A DNA stretch of 64,000 bases from Microcoleus sp. (GCA_042408215.1 JAYFMW010000012.1:1-64000); one strand, 5' to 3'. Positions 32,328-41,922 are shown, numbered from the stretch's first letter. Program-made: numbers and translations. Notes: generated by a model not told the origin, from the letters alone.

Positions 32328-32421
32328 CTGTCAACTGTCAACTGTCAACTGTCAACAGTCAACTGTCAACAGTCAACTGTCAACAGTCAACAGTCAACAG
32401 TCAACTGTCAACTGTCAACTG
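32328..32421. repeat. STRR array (TCAACTG/TCAACAG)n
   Basis: About 13 tandem heptamers. Confidence 0.9.
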
Positions 32422-32429
32422 TGATTGCC

Positions 32430-34193
32430 TCAACCAGCTTTCTTTTGAGGAGCCAGTATCCGTTCCACACTCATAGCAGCAACGCTCAATGTCACCACAG
32501 CCATGCCGACAATTGCCAAAGGCTGCAACTTCTCATTAATAATTACAAACCCAAAAAGTCCCGTCATCGCCGGCCCCAAAGTGCCAATTACTGACGCTAA
32601 CGCCGCCCCGGCAAACCGGATCGCAAAATTATTCAACAGATAGCTAAACAGCGTCAGTACCCCTAAAATTACCCCCCCAACAATCAAACCAGGCCAAACA
32701 TTTTGGTCGATATTAGGAGCAAAATTTTCCGAGAGTGGCACCCACAAACTCAGGGCAGAAAACACAAAAATCGCGGCGAAATTGACTAAACTAAAAGGAA
32801 TCGGGTGCAGCTTACCAGCGGCCATTTGCGTCAGCAATACATAACCTGCAAAAGTAATCCCAGAACCAAGTGCCGCCGTCACTCCCACTCCCACATTCCC
32901 GCCACCAGTCGCGGGAGCTGCAAAACTGGGCCAGCCAGCCAAAATTAGCCCTGCGGTAATGCCACAAATCGCGAATATGCCGACTGTGCTGGGGCGAGCA
33001 CCAAACAAAATCCAAGAACCGAGTACAGTGACGATCGGATAAATAAAGAAAATGGTAATCGCAATCCCCGCTGGAATATTGCCGATCGCCAAATAGATCA
33101 AAACCTGAGACAAAAACAGAAAAAACGCGCTTCCTAAAACCTTACTCCACAAAGCTCGATCGCGCGACTGAAACAATCGCCTGATATCTTTCCAAACAGA
33201 AGGATACAGAAAAGTCGCCAATATTGGCATCAAAGCCATCACCACGATCAGCCGCATCAACAAAATCAACAAAGAATTGCCAAACCCCGGAGTCACCACC
33301 CCCGGAATTTCAAACAAGCCAAAAACCATCCGAGGATTTCTGCTTTTAATCAGAATTCTCAAACAAACATTAAACAGCGACAATACCACCGCCGAAGACA
33401 AAGCCAGCACCAAACCTGTCTTTACGTGAGAAGATGCTTTAACCGTTGCAGCAGGCGCTGAATAAGGCTGTGGCACAGCTTCCCGTGGCGCATCTACAGG
33501 TGTTGGTGGCAGAATTTGTGGACGTACAGAATTAGTGATTGGCTCTGGATAGGAATCCTCTACATCAAAAGGATTGTCTAGATATTCTTCTTCTTCGAGT
33601 TCTTCCCTGATGCGGTTTACCAGACTCTGTAACAGCTCTTCCCCTTGTCGCTCAAGGGTTTGCATATTATTGAGCCGCACGGAAAGCTCGCTTTCATAGC
33701 TGCTCAAATCTTGTTCCAGCATCTGAAAACTGCGATCGAGCCTCTGATCCAGCGCCGCCAGCAACTCAGAAGCCCGTTCATCGTAGTTGCTCGGCGGCAT
33801 CGGGATCGGGAATTCGCCACTGGGAATAGGGCTGCTGAGAGAATGTCCCGAATTAGCGCTAAGTTCGTTGAACCGCTGCACCAACAAATCTTGCAAATTG
33901 TGAGCCAAAACTTGGGCCAACTGTTTCAGCCACAATTGCTGCTGCTGAATGTATCGCCCAGAAAGAGATTCTGCTTGCTGAGACTGTAATTGGCGATATT
34001 GTTCTCTGAGGCCTTCAATATCTTCAATCAGGTGATTTTTTTCACTTTGCAGCCGTGTAATGTCCTGATTTAACTGGCCTTTGACATTTTGATGCAAAGC
34101 GTCCAATTCCTGAATCACCGCGTGGAGGACTTCTTCTGCTGATTGTGCATCCTCTGGCTCGTCTTTTGACGAGTATACGTTCCGTTGCGCCAT
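32430..34193 (-). CDS. sepJ: SepJ/FraG-like septal protein (coiled coil, Pro-rich linker, DMT/EamA permease)
   Basis: N-terminal heptads (QDITRLQSEKNHLIEDI; QQQLWLKQLAQVLA), C-terminal multi-TM EamA domain. Confidence 0.72.
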   Translation of the reverse strand: MAQRNVYSSKDEPEDAQSAEEVLHAVIQELDALHQNVKGQLNQDITRLQSEKNHLIEDIEGLREQYRQLQSQQAESLSGRYIQQQQLWLKQLAQVLAHNLQDLLVQRFNELSANSGHSLSSPIPSGEFPIPMPPSNYDERASELLAALDQRLDRSFQMLEQDLSSYESELSVRLNNMQTLERQGEELLQSLVNRIREELEEEEYLDNPFDVEDSYPEPITNSVRPQILPPTPVDAPREAVPQPYSAPAATVKASSHVKTGLVLALSSAVVLSLFNVCLRILIKSRNPRMVFGLFEIPGVVTPGFGNSLLILLMRLIVVMALMPILATFLYPSVWKDIRRLFQSRDRALWSKVLGSAFFLFLSQVLIYLAIGNIPAGIAITIFFIYPIVTVLGSWILFGARPSTVGIFAICGITAGLILAGWPSFAAPATGGGNVGVGVTAALGSGITFAGYVLLTQMAAGKLHPIPFSLVNFAAIFVFSALSLWVPLSENFAPNIDQNVWPGLIVGGVILGVLTLFSYLLNNFAIRFAGAALASVIGTLGPAMTGLFGFVIINEKLQPLAIVGMAVVTLSVAAMSVERILAPQKKAG

Positions 34194-34409
34194 TAGCCTA
34201 TAACCTCTAATTTAAACTGCACGTTCAGTGTTCTTAAGTATTGTGGCAAATTCGCTCCCAAGTTCCAGTGATTTTATCTAAAAGATGGCTGGCACTGTTT
34301 CATCAATAGTAGTCGCGATAGTTCGAGATGTGAAAAAATTGCGATCGCCCCAAGAACACTTTGTGCAACTAGAAATCATACTAAAGCGTCACGTCGCACC
34401 ACTCGAAGC

Positions 34410-34484
34410 TGTTGACTGTTGACTGTTAACTGTTGACTGTTAACTGTTAACTGTTAACTGTTAACTGTTAACTGTTGACTGTTG
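34410..34484. repeat. STRR array (TGTTAAC/TGTTGAC)n
   Basis: About 10 tandem heptamers. Confidence 0.9.
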
Positions 34485-34584
34485 AGCGTTTAAGCCCTAT
34501 GCTCAGCGCAAGTAGCGCGCCCTCGAACTTTACAAAATTAAATAATCCGGGGTGAGTTCGGAGCGACGGCAAGCGGAGTCAGTC

Positions 34585-36099
34585 CTATAAAATCGATCGG
34601 GCGATGCTGAAGATGGTAGCAGCCAAACCTGCGGCGATCGGAATTGTCACTAGCCAAGCCGAACCAATGGAGAGCAAAGTTTGAAAACCTACAGATTTCC
34701 AACCTTTGACAATTCCGACTCCGACAACTGCACCGACTAAAGCGTGGGATGTCGAAACTGGCAAACCCAAGCGGGATGCTAGCAAGACAGTAGCAGCGGT
34801 GGCTAATTCAGCGCAAAATCCGCCACTGGGTTGCAGTTCAATTATGCCTTCGCCGACTGTAGCAATTACATTTTTGCCCCAGATGGACAAACCGACGACA
34901 ATTCCCACACCTCCGAGCACTAAAATCCACAGGGGAACGCTGAAATCTGATTGGGGAAAGGAACCTGTGCGGCGGATATAGGCGATCGCAGCGAGGGGAG
35001 CAACGGCATTACCGACGTCGTTGGAACCGTGGGCAAATGCCACAAAACAGGCACTTATGACTTGAAATCGCGCCATTTGTTGCTCGATGAGAGAGTGGGG
35101 GAGTGGGAGAGTGGGAGAGTGGGAGAGGGGGGGAGTGGGAGAGAGTGGGAGAGTGGGAGAGTGGGAGAGGGGGGGAGTGGGAGAGAGTGGGAGAGTGGGA
35201 GAGTGGGAGAGGGGGGGAGTGGGAGAGTTTGTACCTATTCCTTCTTCCTTGTTTGTACCCTGAGCGAAGTCGAAGGGCTTTCTTCCTTCTTCCTTCTTCC
35301 CTCTTCCTTCTTCCTTCTCCCCTGCTGAACTTTGTGAAGCATCTGCTAATTTTTTCCAGCTAATTTGGGTAAGGACGATCGCCCCAATACCCCCAATGCC
35401 AATCACAATATCGTGAACCGGAATATTCCACCCTAATCTATCCTGTACAAGGGCGATCGCTCCTGTCTGCACGAAGGCGACATCAACAACAGAGGGCAGT
35501 ACAATGATCCCAAATATGCTCAGCACTGCTGCACTCAGCCAAGGTATCCACTCGCGCATTTGATCTAAAGGATCAGGTCGATCGAGAATCGAATACTTTA
35601 CTAAACTGTAAAATAGGGAGGCCACAGCACCACTCGCTACCGGTGTCGCCAGCCAAGTTAGGGAAATAGTGCCGATAGTTGGCCAGTCAACAGCACCAAT
35701 TCCGGCGGCCACCCAGCTAAAACCCGCGATCGCGCCTACAACCGCATGGGACGAAGAAACCGGCAAACCCCGACGAGTAGCGATTTGCAGCCACAAGCCG
35801 CAAGCTATCAGCACTGACACCATCCCAATTAAAAATACTTGTGGCTGGGCTGCGAAGGCTTCTGCATTCACCACTCCTGTTGCCAGAGTTTCGGAAACTC
35901 CTTTGCCAAACAGCACCGCACCCGCAAACTCCAGTATGCCTGCAACAATTATTGCCTGCCGCAGCGTTAGCGCTTTTGAGCCTACGGATGTTCCCATCGA
36001 GTTAGCGACATCGTTAGCCCCCAAATTGGCAGCGACGTACAAGGCAAGTGCAGCAATCGCCGCCAGTTGCAGAAATTCGCCCCCAGAGGTATTTAACAT
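34585..36099 (-). CDS. pit: PiT-family inorganic phosphate transporter
   Basis: GANDVANSMG and AHGSNDVGNA signatures; start taken at ATG 36099. Confidence 0.9.
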   Translation of the reverse strand: MLNTSGGEFLQLAAIAALALYVAANLGANDVANSMGTSVGSKALTLRQAIIVAGILEFAGAVLFGKGVSETLATGVVNAEAFAAQPQVFLIGMVSVLIACGLWLQIATRRGLPVSSSHAVVGAIAGFSWVAAGIGAVDWPTIGTISLTWLATPVASGAVASLFYSLVKYSILDRPDPLDQMREWIPWLSAAVLSIFGIIVLPSVVDVAFVQTGAIALVQDRLGWNIPVHDIVIGIGGIGAIVLTQISWKKLADASQSSAGEKEEGRGKKEEGRKPFDFAQGTNKEEGIGTNSPTPPLSHSPTLPLSPTPPLSHSPTLPLSPTPPLSHSPTLPLPHSLIEQQMARFQVISACFVAFAHGSNDVGNAVAPLAAIAYIRRTGSFPQSDFSVPLWILVLGGVGIVVGLSIWGKNVIATVGEGIIELQPSGGFCAELATAATVLLASRLGLPVSTSHALVGAVVGVGIVKGWKSVGFQTLLSIGSAWLVTIPIAAGLAATIFSIARSIL

Positions 36100-36108
36100 A
36101 AATTTTTT

Positions 36109-36139
36109 TTGACATAAAACGGGCAGTTCGATATATGAT
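36109..36139 (+). promoter_or_regulatory. Possible sigma70 promoter for rplS, now upstream of the IscB-type element
   Basis: TTGACA (36109) and TATGAT (36134), 19-nt spacer. Confidence 0.4.
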
Positions 36140-36228
36140 AAGAGATTGTGAGTTTTAGTAAATCCCGTCAGTAACCCAGCCCTCTCATAGACTGGGCTTG
36201 TAAGATTAATCAAGCAAGCCATACTGAC

Positions 36229-36408
36229 CAAGAAACAGGGATACAAGCCCCGTCCTTCTAGGACGACTTTAAGCTAAAATTGAGAAAAGTCGGGATGGGG
36301 AATCGCCACGACTCTAAACGGGCGCAGAGACAGAGTAAGACTACTCCGGTAGCATCAGTCGGTGAAGCGTCAAGAATCACCGCACCGACCGGGCGGTGAG
36401 TATTTCAA
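36229..36408 (+). mobile_element. 180-bp IS605-type mini-element (left end plus TnpB omegaRNA/right end, no ORF)
   Basis: Left end CAAGAAACAGGGATACAAGCCCCGTCCTTCTAGGACG; right end AAGAATCACCGC...GCGGTGAGTATTTCAA; inserted 3' of TGAC with no duplication. Confidence 0.75.
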
Positions 36409-36434
36409 CAGACAACCTAGTAATAGGTAGTCGT

Positions 36435-36764
36435 CCCAAGGGTTGATTAACAGTAAGACTTTTTCTGACATTTGCTAACAATCACTTACATTTGCCCGAG
36501 GTCTTTATGGCACTGTAGAATGAATTTAGCCACTCGGATTTAGGTGAAAAACCTTGGTAGTAAGCAACCTCTATCTAAATAAGTTGCCTCTACAGTATCA
36601 AAGCAAATAAAATCAAGATTGGCTAAATGCGGTCACGGGAAAACCAAGCTGAACGCTCATAGTACAAGTGCTTGTAGAGATTTCTACGGGCATTGGTTGA
36701 TACGCCTTAGTTGAGAACTGAGCTCAACTTATGTATTTGTTAGCAAACGTTAGCAAAAAAGGAT
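36435..36764. mobile_element. ~330-bp MITE-like insert with imperfect terminal inverted repeats
   Basis: TTTTCTGACATTTGCTAACAA (36461-36481) vs TTGTTAGCAAACGTTAGCAAAAA (36737-36759). Confidence 0.55.
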
Positions 36765-37155
36765 CGGTCACGACACCTCGGAATGCGACGCTAGTTCCCC
36801 GTTCTGTCGCTTGTGATTAAACAGTTTTAAGGTCACTGAAACAGTTTTGCAAGCCGGCGCAAGCCCAGATAACCAGGTCGAAGCGAACATTACCCCTCTG
36901 AGGGAGGCTCAATTGAGCAAACCGTTATGCGTACAGGATTGTGAGATTTGAAGTGAGAATTGCGATGCACCCTCGCGTAGCCGAGTCCCACTTTCATTGC
37001 ATTACACTCATCACACCGAATCCAGCAATCCTCGTGTAATGGAGAAAACATTCAAGGCGGTTAAAACCGCACGTGCGATGCCCTTCCTCGTAGTCGAAGG
37101 GTCGTTTCCCTCTCAGGTCTAAAGACTCTGAGTTTCCCACTTACCGAGTTTAGTT

Positions 37156-37539
37156 ATGAAAGGCGCAGAAATAATCCGCTCTCTTGAGACGGAAGAAATA
37201 GAGAGAGTCAAGGTAGAACTCAGCAAAGTGCTCCCCGAAATTTACGTCGGCGACACTGTGCGAGTCGGTGTGAAAATTAAAGAGGGCAACAAAGAACGGG
37301 TTCAGCCCTACGAAGGCACTGTGATTGCCATGCGTAACGGCGGAATTAATGAAACTATCACTGTTCGCCGTGTGTTTCAGGGCGTCGGTGTGGAACGGGT
37401 GTTTTTGATTCACTCGCCCCGCATTGCCACTATCCAAGTGATGCGACGCGGGAAAGTCCGCAGAGCAAAACTGTACTACCTGCGCGATCGGATTGGCAAA
37501 GCCACCCGCGTCAAACAGCGGTTCGATCGAGCTCTGTAG
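37156..37539 (+). CDS. rplS: 50S ribosomal protein L19
   Basis: [38 protein letters not shown]. Confidence 0.97.
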   Translation: MKGAEIIRSLETEEIERVKVELSKVLPEIYVGDTVRVGVKIKEGNKERVQPYEGTVIAMRNGGINETITVRRVFQGVGVERVFLIHSPRIATIQVMRRGKVRRAKLYYLRDRIGKATRVKQRFDRAL

Positions 37540-37670
37540 GAATGCACCCAGGCTATGCCTCATGGGGAAATTGGAAATTGAGAAATTTCCCAAAAAAATT
37601 TCCTATTTACGAGCGCACTGTGTTAGAATAGAAATCTAGAGGTTAAGCAACTCTTTGCAACCTCACCTGT

Positions 37671-37743
37671 GCGCTCTTAGTTCAGTTGGTAGAACGCAGG
37701 TCTCCAAAACCTGATGTCGGGGGTTCAAGTCCTCCAGGGCGCG
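37671..37743 (+). tRNA. trnW: tRNA-Trp (CCA)
   Basis: GCGCTCTTAGTTCAGTTGGTAGAACGCAGGTCTCCAAAACCTGATGTCGGGGGTTCAAGTCCTCCAGGGCGCG cloverleaf; upstream of secE. Confidence 0.96.
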
Positions 37744-38095
37744 CTGAATCACCAAAACTTAAATTCTGCCCGAAAGCGCCCGGATTATTGGCCCACAGCA
37801 GCCAAAACCGCAAGCTTTCGGGTATAATTAGTTTTTGGGGATGGTTCAATTTTTTGTCAAAGAGAAGCCACCAACAAATTCTCGATGTGGCATCTCGATT
37901 CTCGGTATCTTGATGATCAGTACCGTCGATCGCTTGTTGACACTCGGATGGGTTGGGCTTGTAAAGTGGTTGCTTTGGATTTAAGATTTAGAATTGCGCC
38001 GGAGTGGTTAGTGTCAAAAAATCTGAGCCCCGCTCGCCACTCACACAATCTCAAATCTCAAATCTCAAATCTTAAATCGCAAGGGGGATTCAATT

Positions 38096-38329
38096 GTGGC
38101 GAAAAAAGACGAAGCTCAACAAACTCAAGAAATAGCCGAGCCTGGGTTTGACCCGGCGGGTTTTTTGAAGGAAACGAGGGAAGAACTGGATAAGGTGGTT
38201 TGGCCAAGTCGTCAGCAGCTAATCAGCGAGTCTTTGGCCGTGCTTTTGATGGTAATCCTCTCAGCAAGCCTAATCTACTTGGTGGATAACTTCTTTAACT
38301 GGGGCGCGGCCAAGGTGTTTGGGTCATGA
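38096..38329 (+). CDS. secE: Preprotein translocase SecE
   Basis: ETREELDKVVWPSRQQL plus one TM segment. Confidence 0.95.
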   Translation: MAKKDEAQQTQEIAEPGFDPAGFLKETREELDKVVWPSRQQLISESLAVLLMVILSASLIYLVDNFFNWGAAKVFGS

Positions 38330-38964
38330 CTTTTGGATCAGAAGAATCCGAGTATTCCACAGAACCTACCGCAGGGAAAGGCTCGCCAGAAGTACCGGAG
38401 ATCAATGCTCGCTGGTACGCTGTTCAGGTAGCTTCCGGCTGCGAGAAGCGGGTGAAGGCAAATTTGCAACAGCGGATTCAAACTTTGGATGTTGCCGATC
38501 GCATCGTGCAAGTGGAAATTCCACAAACTCCGGGGCTCAAAGTCGGTAAAGACGGTTCTAGGCGTCAATCAGACGAAAAAATATTTCCTGGCTACGTACT
38601 GATCCGAATGTTCATGGATGAGGATACGTGGCAGGTGATCAAAAATACCCCGAATGTAATTAATTTTGTCGGGGCAGAGCAGAAACGCCGCTACGGGCGC
38701 GGGCGAGGTCACGTCAAACCGCTACCGCTGAGTCACTCAGAAGTAGAACGGATCTTCAGAAACGCTCAGGAATCAGAACCGATTGTCAAAGTATCGATGG
38801 CAGTAGGAGACCACATTGTGGTACTTTCCGGGCCGTTTAAGGATTTTGAAGGTGATGTGATTGAAGTTAGCCCGGAACGGAACAAGCTCAAAGTTTTACT
38901 CTCGATTTTTGGGCGCGATACGCCTGTAGAATTGGAGTTCAATCAGGTTCAGAAACAGAACTAA
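38326..38964 (+). CDS. nusG: Transcription termination/antitermination factor NusG
   Basis: WYAVQVASGCEKRVK; FPGYVL; KOW domain, SIFGRDTPVELEF. Confidence 0.97.
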   Translation: MTFGSEESEYSTEPTAGKGSPEVPEINARWYAVQVASGCEKRVKANLQQRIQTLDVADRIVQVEIPQTPGLKVGKDGSRRQSDEKIFPGYVLIRMFMDEDTWQVIKNTPNVINFVGAEQKRRYGRGRGHVKPLPLSHSEVERIFRNAQESEPIVKVSMAVGDHIVVLSGPFKDFEGDVIEVSPERNKLKVLLSIFGRDTPVELEFNQVQKQN

Positions 38965-38967
38965 CTA

Positions 38968-39393
38968 ATGGCAAAGAAAGTTGTTGCAGTAATTAAGTTG
39001 GCGATTACGGCGGGAAAAGCCAACCCAGCTCCTCCGATCGGCCCGGCCTTGGGTCAGCACGGCGTCAATATTATGATGTTTTGCAAGGAGTACAATGCTA
39101 GAACCGCAGACCAAGCGGGTCTGGTGGTTCCGGTAGAAATTTCGGTTTTTGAAGACCGGAGTTTTACGTTTATTCTCAAAACCCCGCCGGCGTCGGTGTT
39201 GATTCAAAAAGCGGCTGGCATTGCTAAAGGTTCCGGGGAACCGAACCGTAAGCAAGCAGGGTCGATTACCCAGGCTCAGTTGCGAGAAATTGCGGAAACG
39301 AAAATGCCTGACCTCAATGCTAATGATGTTGAGGCTGCCATGAGAATTGTGGCAGGAACGGCTAAAAATATGGGCGTGGCGATCGCGGATTGA
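38968..39393 (+). CDS. rplK: 50S ribosomal protein L11
   Basis: [22 protein letters not shown]. Confidence 0.98.
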   Translation: MAKKVVAVIKLAITAGKANPAPPIGPALGQHGVNIMMFCKEYNARTADQAGLVVPVEISVFEDRSFTFILKTPPASVLIQKAAGIAKGSGEPNRKQAGSITQAQLREIAETKMPDLNANDVEAAMRIVAGTAKNMGVAIAD

Positions 39394-39751
39394 GGAAGAA
39401 GGAAGTTCGGCAACGGATTCGCTCCACGGATTTAACGGATGGATGGCCCTTCGGCTCCCTTCGGCTCCGCCCAGGGTAAAAAGAAGGAAGAGGGAAGAGG
39501 GAAGAGGGAAAAGGGAAAAGTTTTTTCTGATTCACAATTCTTAATTTCTAGTCCAAGTTCCAAATAGCTAATCCAAAATTGCTGATTTTCAATCCAAAAT
39601 CCAAAATCCAAAATCGATCGATTCAGGGGGAGAAGCAAAGCTTCGCTAGGAATCGCAAGTATTTTAGATGGGAAACAACCGACTAGGTTCAATTCTTCAA
39701 TCTAAAATCCAAAATCTCAAATCGAAAATCGACAGACCCCAAAAGATCAAA

Positions 39752-40465
39752 ATGGCAAAGAAAATATCGCGCAGACTGCAAGAACTTCAAAAGAAGGTTG
39801 AAGATAGAGCTTATCTACCTTTGGAAGCTCTGCAACTTTTGAAAGAAACAGCTACAGCTAAGTTTGCTGAGTCGGCTGAAGCTCACATCCGTTTGGGAAT
39901 TGACCCAAAATATACTGACCAGCAGTTGCGGACAACTGTGTCGTTACCAAAAGGAACTGGTCAAGTAGTCAGAATTGCGGTGATTGCTAAGGGCGAAAAA
40001 GTTAAAGAAGCCTTGAATGCTGGCGCTGATCTTGCTGGTTCTGAAGAGTTAATCGAGCAAATTCAGAAGGGCATGATGGACTTTGATTGCCTGATTGCTA
40101 CCCCAGATGTGATGCCGTTGGTGGCAAAATTGGGTCGGTTGCTGGGACCTCGCGGTTTGATGCCTTCTCCGAAAGGTGGCACGGTGACGGCTGATGTTGC
40201 TCAGGCGATCGGTGAGTTTAAAGGTGGTAAGATGGAATTCCGTGCCGACAAAACTGGCATCGTTCATGTTATGTTTGGCAAGGCAGCTTTCTCAGCGGAA
40301 GATTTGCTGGTCAACCTTCATGCTTTGCAAGAAACTGTCGATCGCAACCGTCCTTCTGGTGCTAAAGGTCGCTACTGGCGCAGTTTGTATGTATCCGCAA
40401 CAATGGGCCCGTCGATCGAAGTCGATGTCAGCGTCCTGCGTGATACCAAACTTGATGCTGGCTAG
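39752..40465 (+). CDS. rplA: 50S ribosomal protein L1
   Basis: MAKKISRR start; [19 protein letters not shown]. Confidence 0.97.
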   Translation: MAKKISRRLQELQKKVEDRAYLPLEALQLLKETATAKFAESAEAHIRLGIDPKYTDQQLRTTVSLPKGTGQVVRIAVIAKGEKVKEALNAGADLAGSEELIEQIQKGMMDFDCLIATPDVMPLVAKLGRLLGPRGLMPSPKGGTVTADVAQAIGEFKGGKMEFRADKTGIVHVMFGKAAFSAEDLLVNLHALQETVDRNRPSGAKGRYWRSLYVSATMGPSIEVDVSVLRDTKLDAG

Positions 40466-40514
40466 AAAGAATACTAATTTCTGTCTGCTCGTCATAGCCT
40501 AATTCAAAATCAAT

Positions 40515-40663
40515 AAGCTGAAGACCGCAGGTGCCGATCGCGCTTAATTTCCTGCCGAGGCTGAAGAACTAAAAACTCAAGACTAAAGATTAAAAATTTT
40601 CGATTTTTAATTCTGAATTCTTAACTTTTAATTCTCTGCCCCGGCTCGAAGGTCGGGGTTTTT
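40515..40663 (+). promoter_or_regulatory. L10 leader with attenuator-like hairpin
   Basis: GAAGACCGCAGG...TTAATTTCCTGCCGAGG; CCCCGGCTCGAAGGTCGGGGTTTTT upstream of rplJ. Confidence 0.7.
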
Positions 40664-40705
40664 GATGGTCAGTTTTCGATCATCCTTAAAGGAGGTGAAA
40701 TAAGT

Positions 40706-41296
40706 ATGGGCAAAAGTTTAGCAGTAAAAAATGAGATTATTGCAGATCTCAAGCAAACCTTGAGCGAATCTCAATTGGTAATCGCGATCGACTACAAAGG
40801 TTTAACTGTTGCTGAAATCACAGATTTGCGCCGGCGTTTGCGCCCGAAAGGCAGCAGTTGCCAAGTGGCAAAAAACACGCTGATGCGAATTGCTGTTGAA
40901 GGTAACGAAACCTGGCAGCCGATGCAGGAATTACTGACTGGTACGTCGGCGTTTCTGTTCGTGCAAGAAGATATCGGCGGCGCGATTAAAGCTTACCAAG
41001 AATTCCAAAAAGTCTCTAAAAAGACTGAACTTCGCGGCGGCGTGATGGAAGGACGGGTGCTGAAAGAAGCTGATGTTAAGGCCTTAGCGGATCTGCCGTC
41101 GAAAGAACAACTCATGGCTCAAATTGCTGGTGCTATCAACGGTGTGGCTACCAAGCTGGCTGTGGGTATCAGTCAAGTTCCTACTTCGATCGCTCGTGGT
41201 CTCAAAGCTTATGCTGAAAAAGACCAAAACGGCGATTCAGTAGAAGCAGAAGTAGAAGCAGAAGCAGAAGCAGAAGCAGAAAGCGTATCTGCTTAG
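40706..41296 (+). CDS. rplJ: 50S ribosomal protein L10
   Basis: DYKGLTVAEITDLRRRLR; VAKNTL; LPSKEQL. Confidence 0.97.
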   Translation: MGKSLAVKNEIIADLKQTLSESQLVIAIDYKGLTVAEITDLRRRLRPKGSSCQVAKNTLMRIAVEGNETWQPMQELLTGTSAFLFVQEDIGGAIKAYQEFQKVSKKTELRGGVMEGRVLKEADVKALADLPSKEQLMAQIAGAINGVATKLAVGISQVPTSIARGLKAYAEKDQNGDSVEAEVEAEAEAEAESVSA

Positions 41297-41360
41297 TCAT
41301 CAGTCATTAGTCATTAGTCATCAGTCATTAGTCATCAGTCATTAGTCATCAGTCATTAGT
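41293..41360. repeat. STRR array (TTAGTCA/TCAGTCA)n
   Basis: About 9 tandem heptamers between rplJ and rplL. Confidence 0.9.
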
Positions 41361-41460
41361 GCTGAGCAACAGACTGAAGACGGGAGACGAGAAACTAATG
41401 ATGAATGAGCGATCGCAAATTCAAAATCCACAATCTAAAATCGAATTAGGAGTTCAACAA

Positions 41461-41847
41461 ATGTCTACTGCAACTGATGAAATCTTGGAAAAACTTAAGT
41501 CTTTGACTTTGCTCGAAGCATCTGAATTGGTGAAGCAAATCGAAGAAGCTTTCGGTGTCAGCGCTGCGGCTCCTGTGGGTGGCATGATGATGATGGCTGG
41601 TGCTGCTGCCGCTGTTGAAGAAGTAGAAGTGCAAACCGAGTTTACTGTCATGTTGGAAGAAGTTCCTGCTGACAAGAAAATCGCAATTCTGAAGGAAGTC
41701 CGGGCGATTACCGGTTTGGGCTTGAAGGAAGCAAAAGATTTGGTAGAAGCCGCACCGAAAGCAGTGAAGGAAGCTCTTGCTAAGGAAGCTGCTGAAGAAT
41801 TGAAGAAACAGCTTGAAGCTGTGGGCGCAAAGGTATCTGTTAAGTAG
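41461..41847 (+). CDS. rplL: 50S ribosomal protein L7/L12
   Basis: [37 protein letters not shown]. Confidence 0.97.
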   Translation: MSTATDEILEKLKSLTLLEASELVKQIEEAFGVSAAAPVGGMMMMAGAAAAVEEVEVQTEFTVMLEEVPADKKIAILKEVRAITGLGLKEAKDLVEAAPKAVKEALAKEAAEELKKQLEAVGAKVSVK

Positions 41848-41887
41848 TAACAGAGTATAGTTGACAGGTTAAAACCTGTCGCTATCA

Positions 41888-41922
41888 GACCTCAGTCTTC
41901 ACGTAAAGACTGAGGTTTTTTT
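41888..41922 (+). terminator. Rho-independent terminator of rplJL
   Basis: ACCTCAGTCTT-cacgta-AAGACTGAGGT followed by a T run. Confidence 0.85.

Larger units (their letters stand above)
36167..36926 (+). ncRNA. HEARO/IscB omegaRNA scaffold (interrupted)
   Basis: Segments 36167-36228, 36409-36434 and 36766-36926 resemble cyanobacterial HEARO motifs, recognised by eye. Confidence 0.7.
36167..37155 (+). mobile_element. Non-autonomous IscB-type IS200/IS605 element (iscB deleted) with nested insertions
   Basis: HEARO-like 5' end GTCAGTAACCC...GGGCTTG...TACTGAC; core GTCACGACACC...GCTAGTTCC...CTGTCGC...TTAAACAG...GAAGCGAACATTACCCC; terminal hairpin CTCAGGTCTAAAGACTCTGAG then CCCACTTACCGAG before ATGA. 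Confidence 0.75.

Noticed and set aside
32200..32594. Short ORFs with STVNCQ repeats
   Set aside because: Translations of heptamer STRR arrays
36100..36246. 49-aa N-terminal extension of PiT in the ORF track
   Set aside because: It runs antisense through the promoter and omegaRNA; ATG 36099 is the more plausible start
36435..36764. Group I intron (IStron-like)
   Set aside because: P7 and other core elements could not be identified by eye; terminal inverted repeats fit a MITE better; a covariance search is needed
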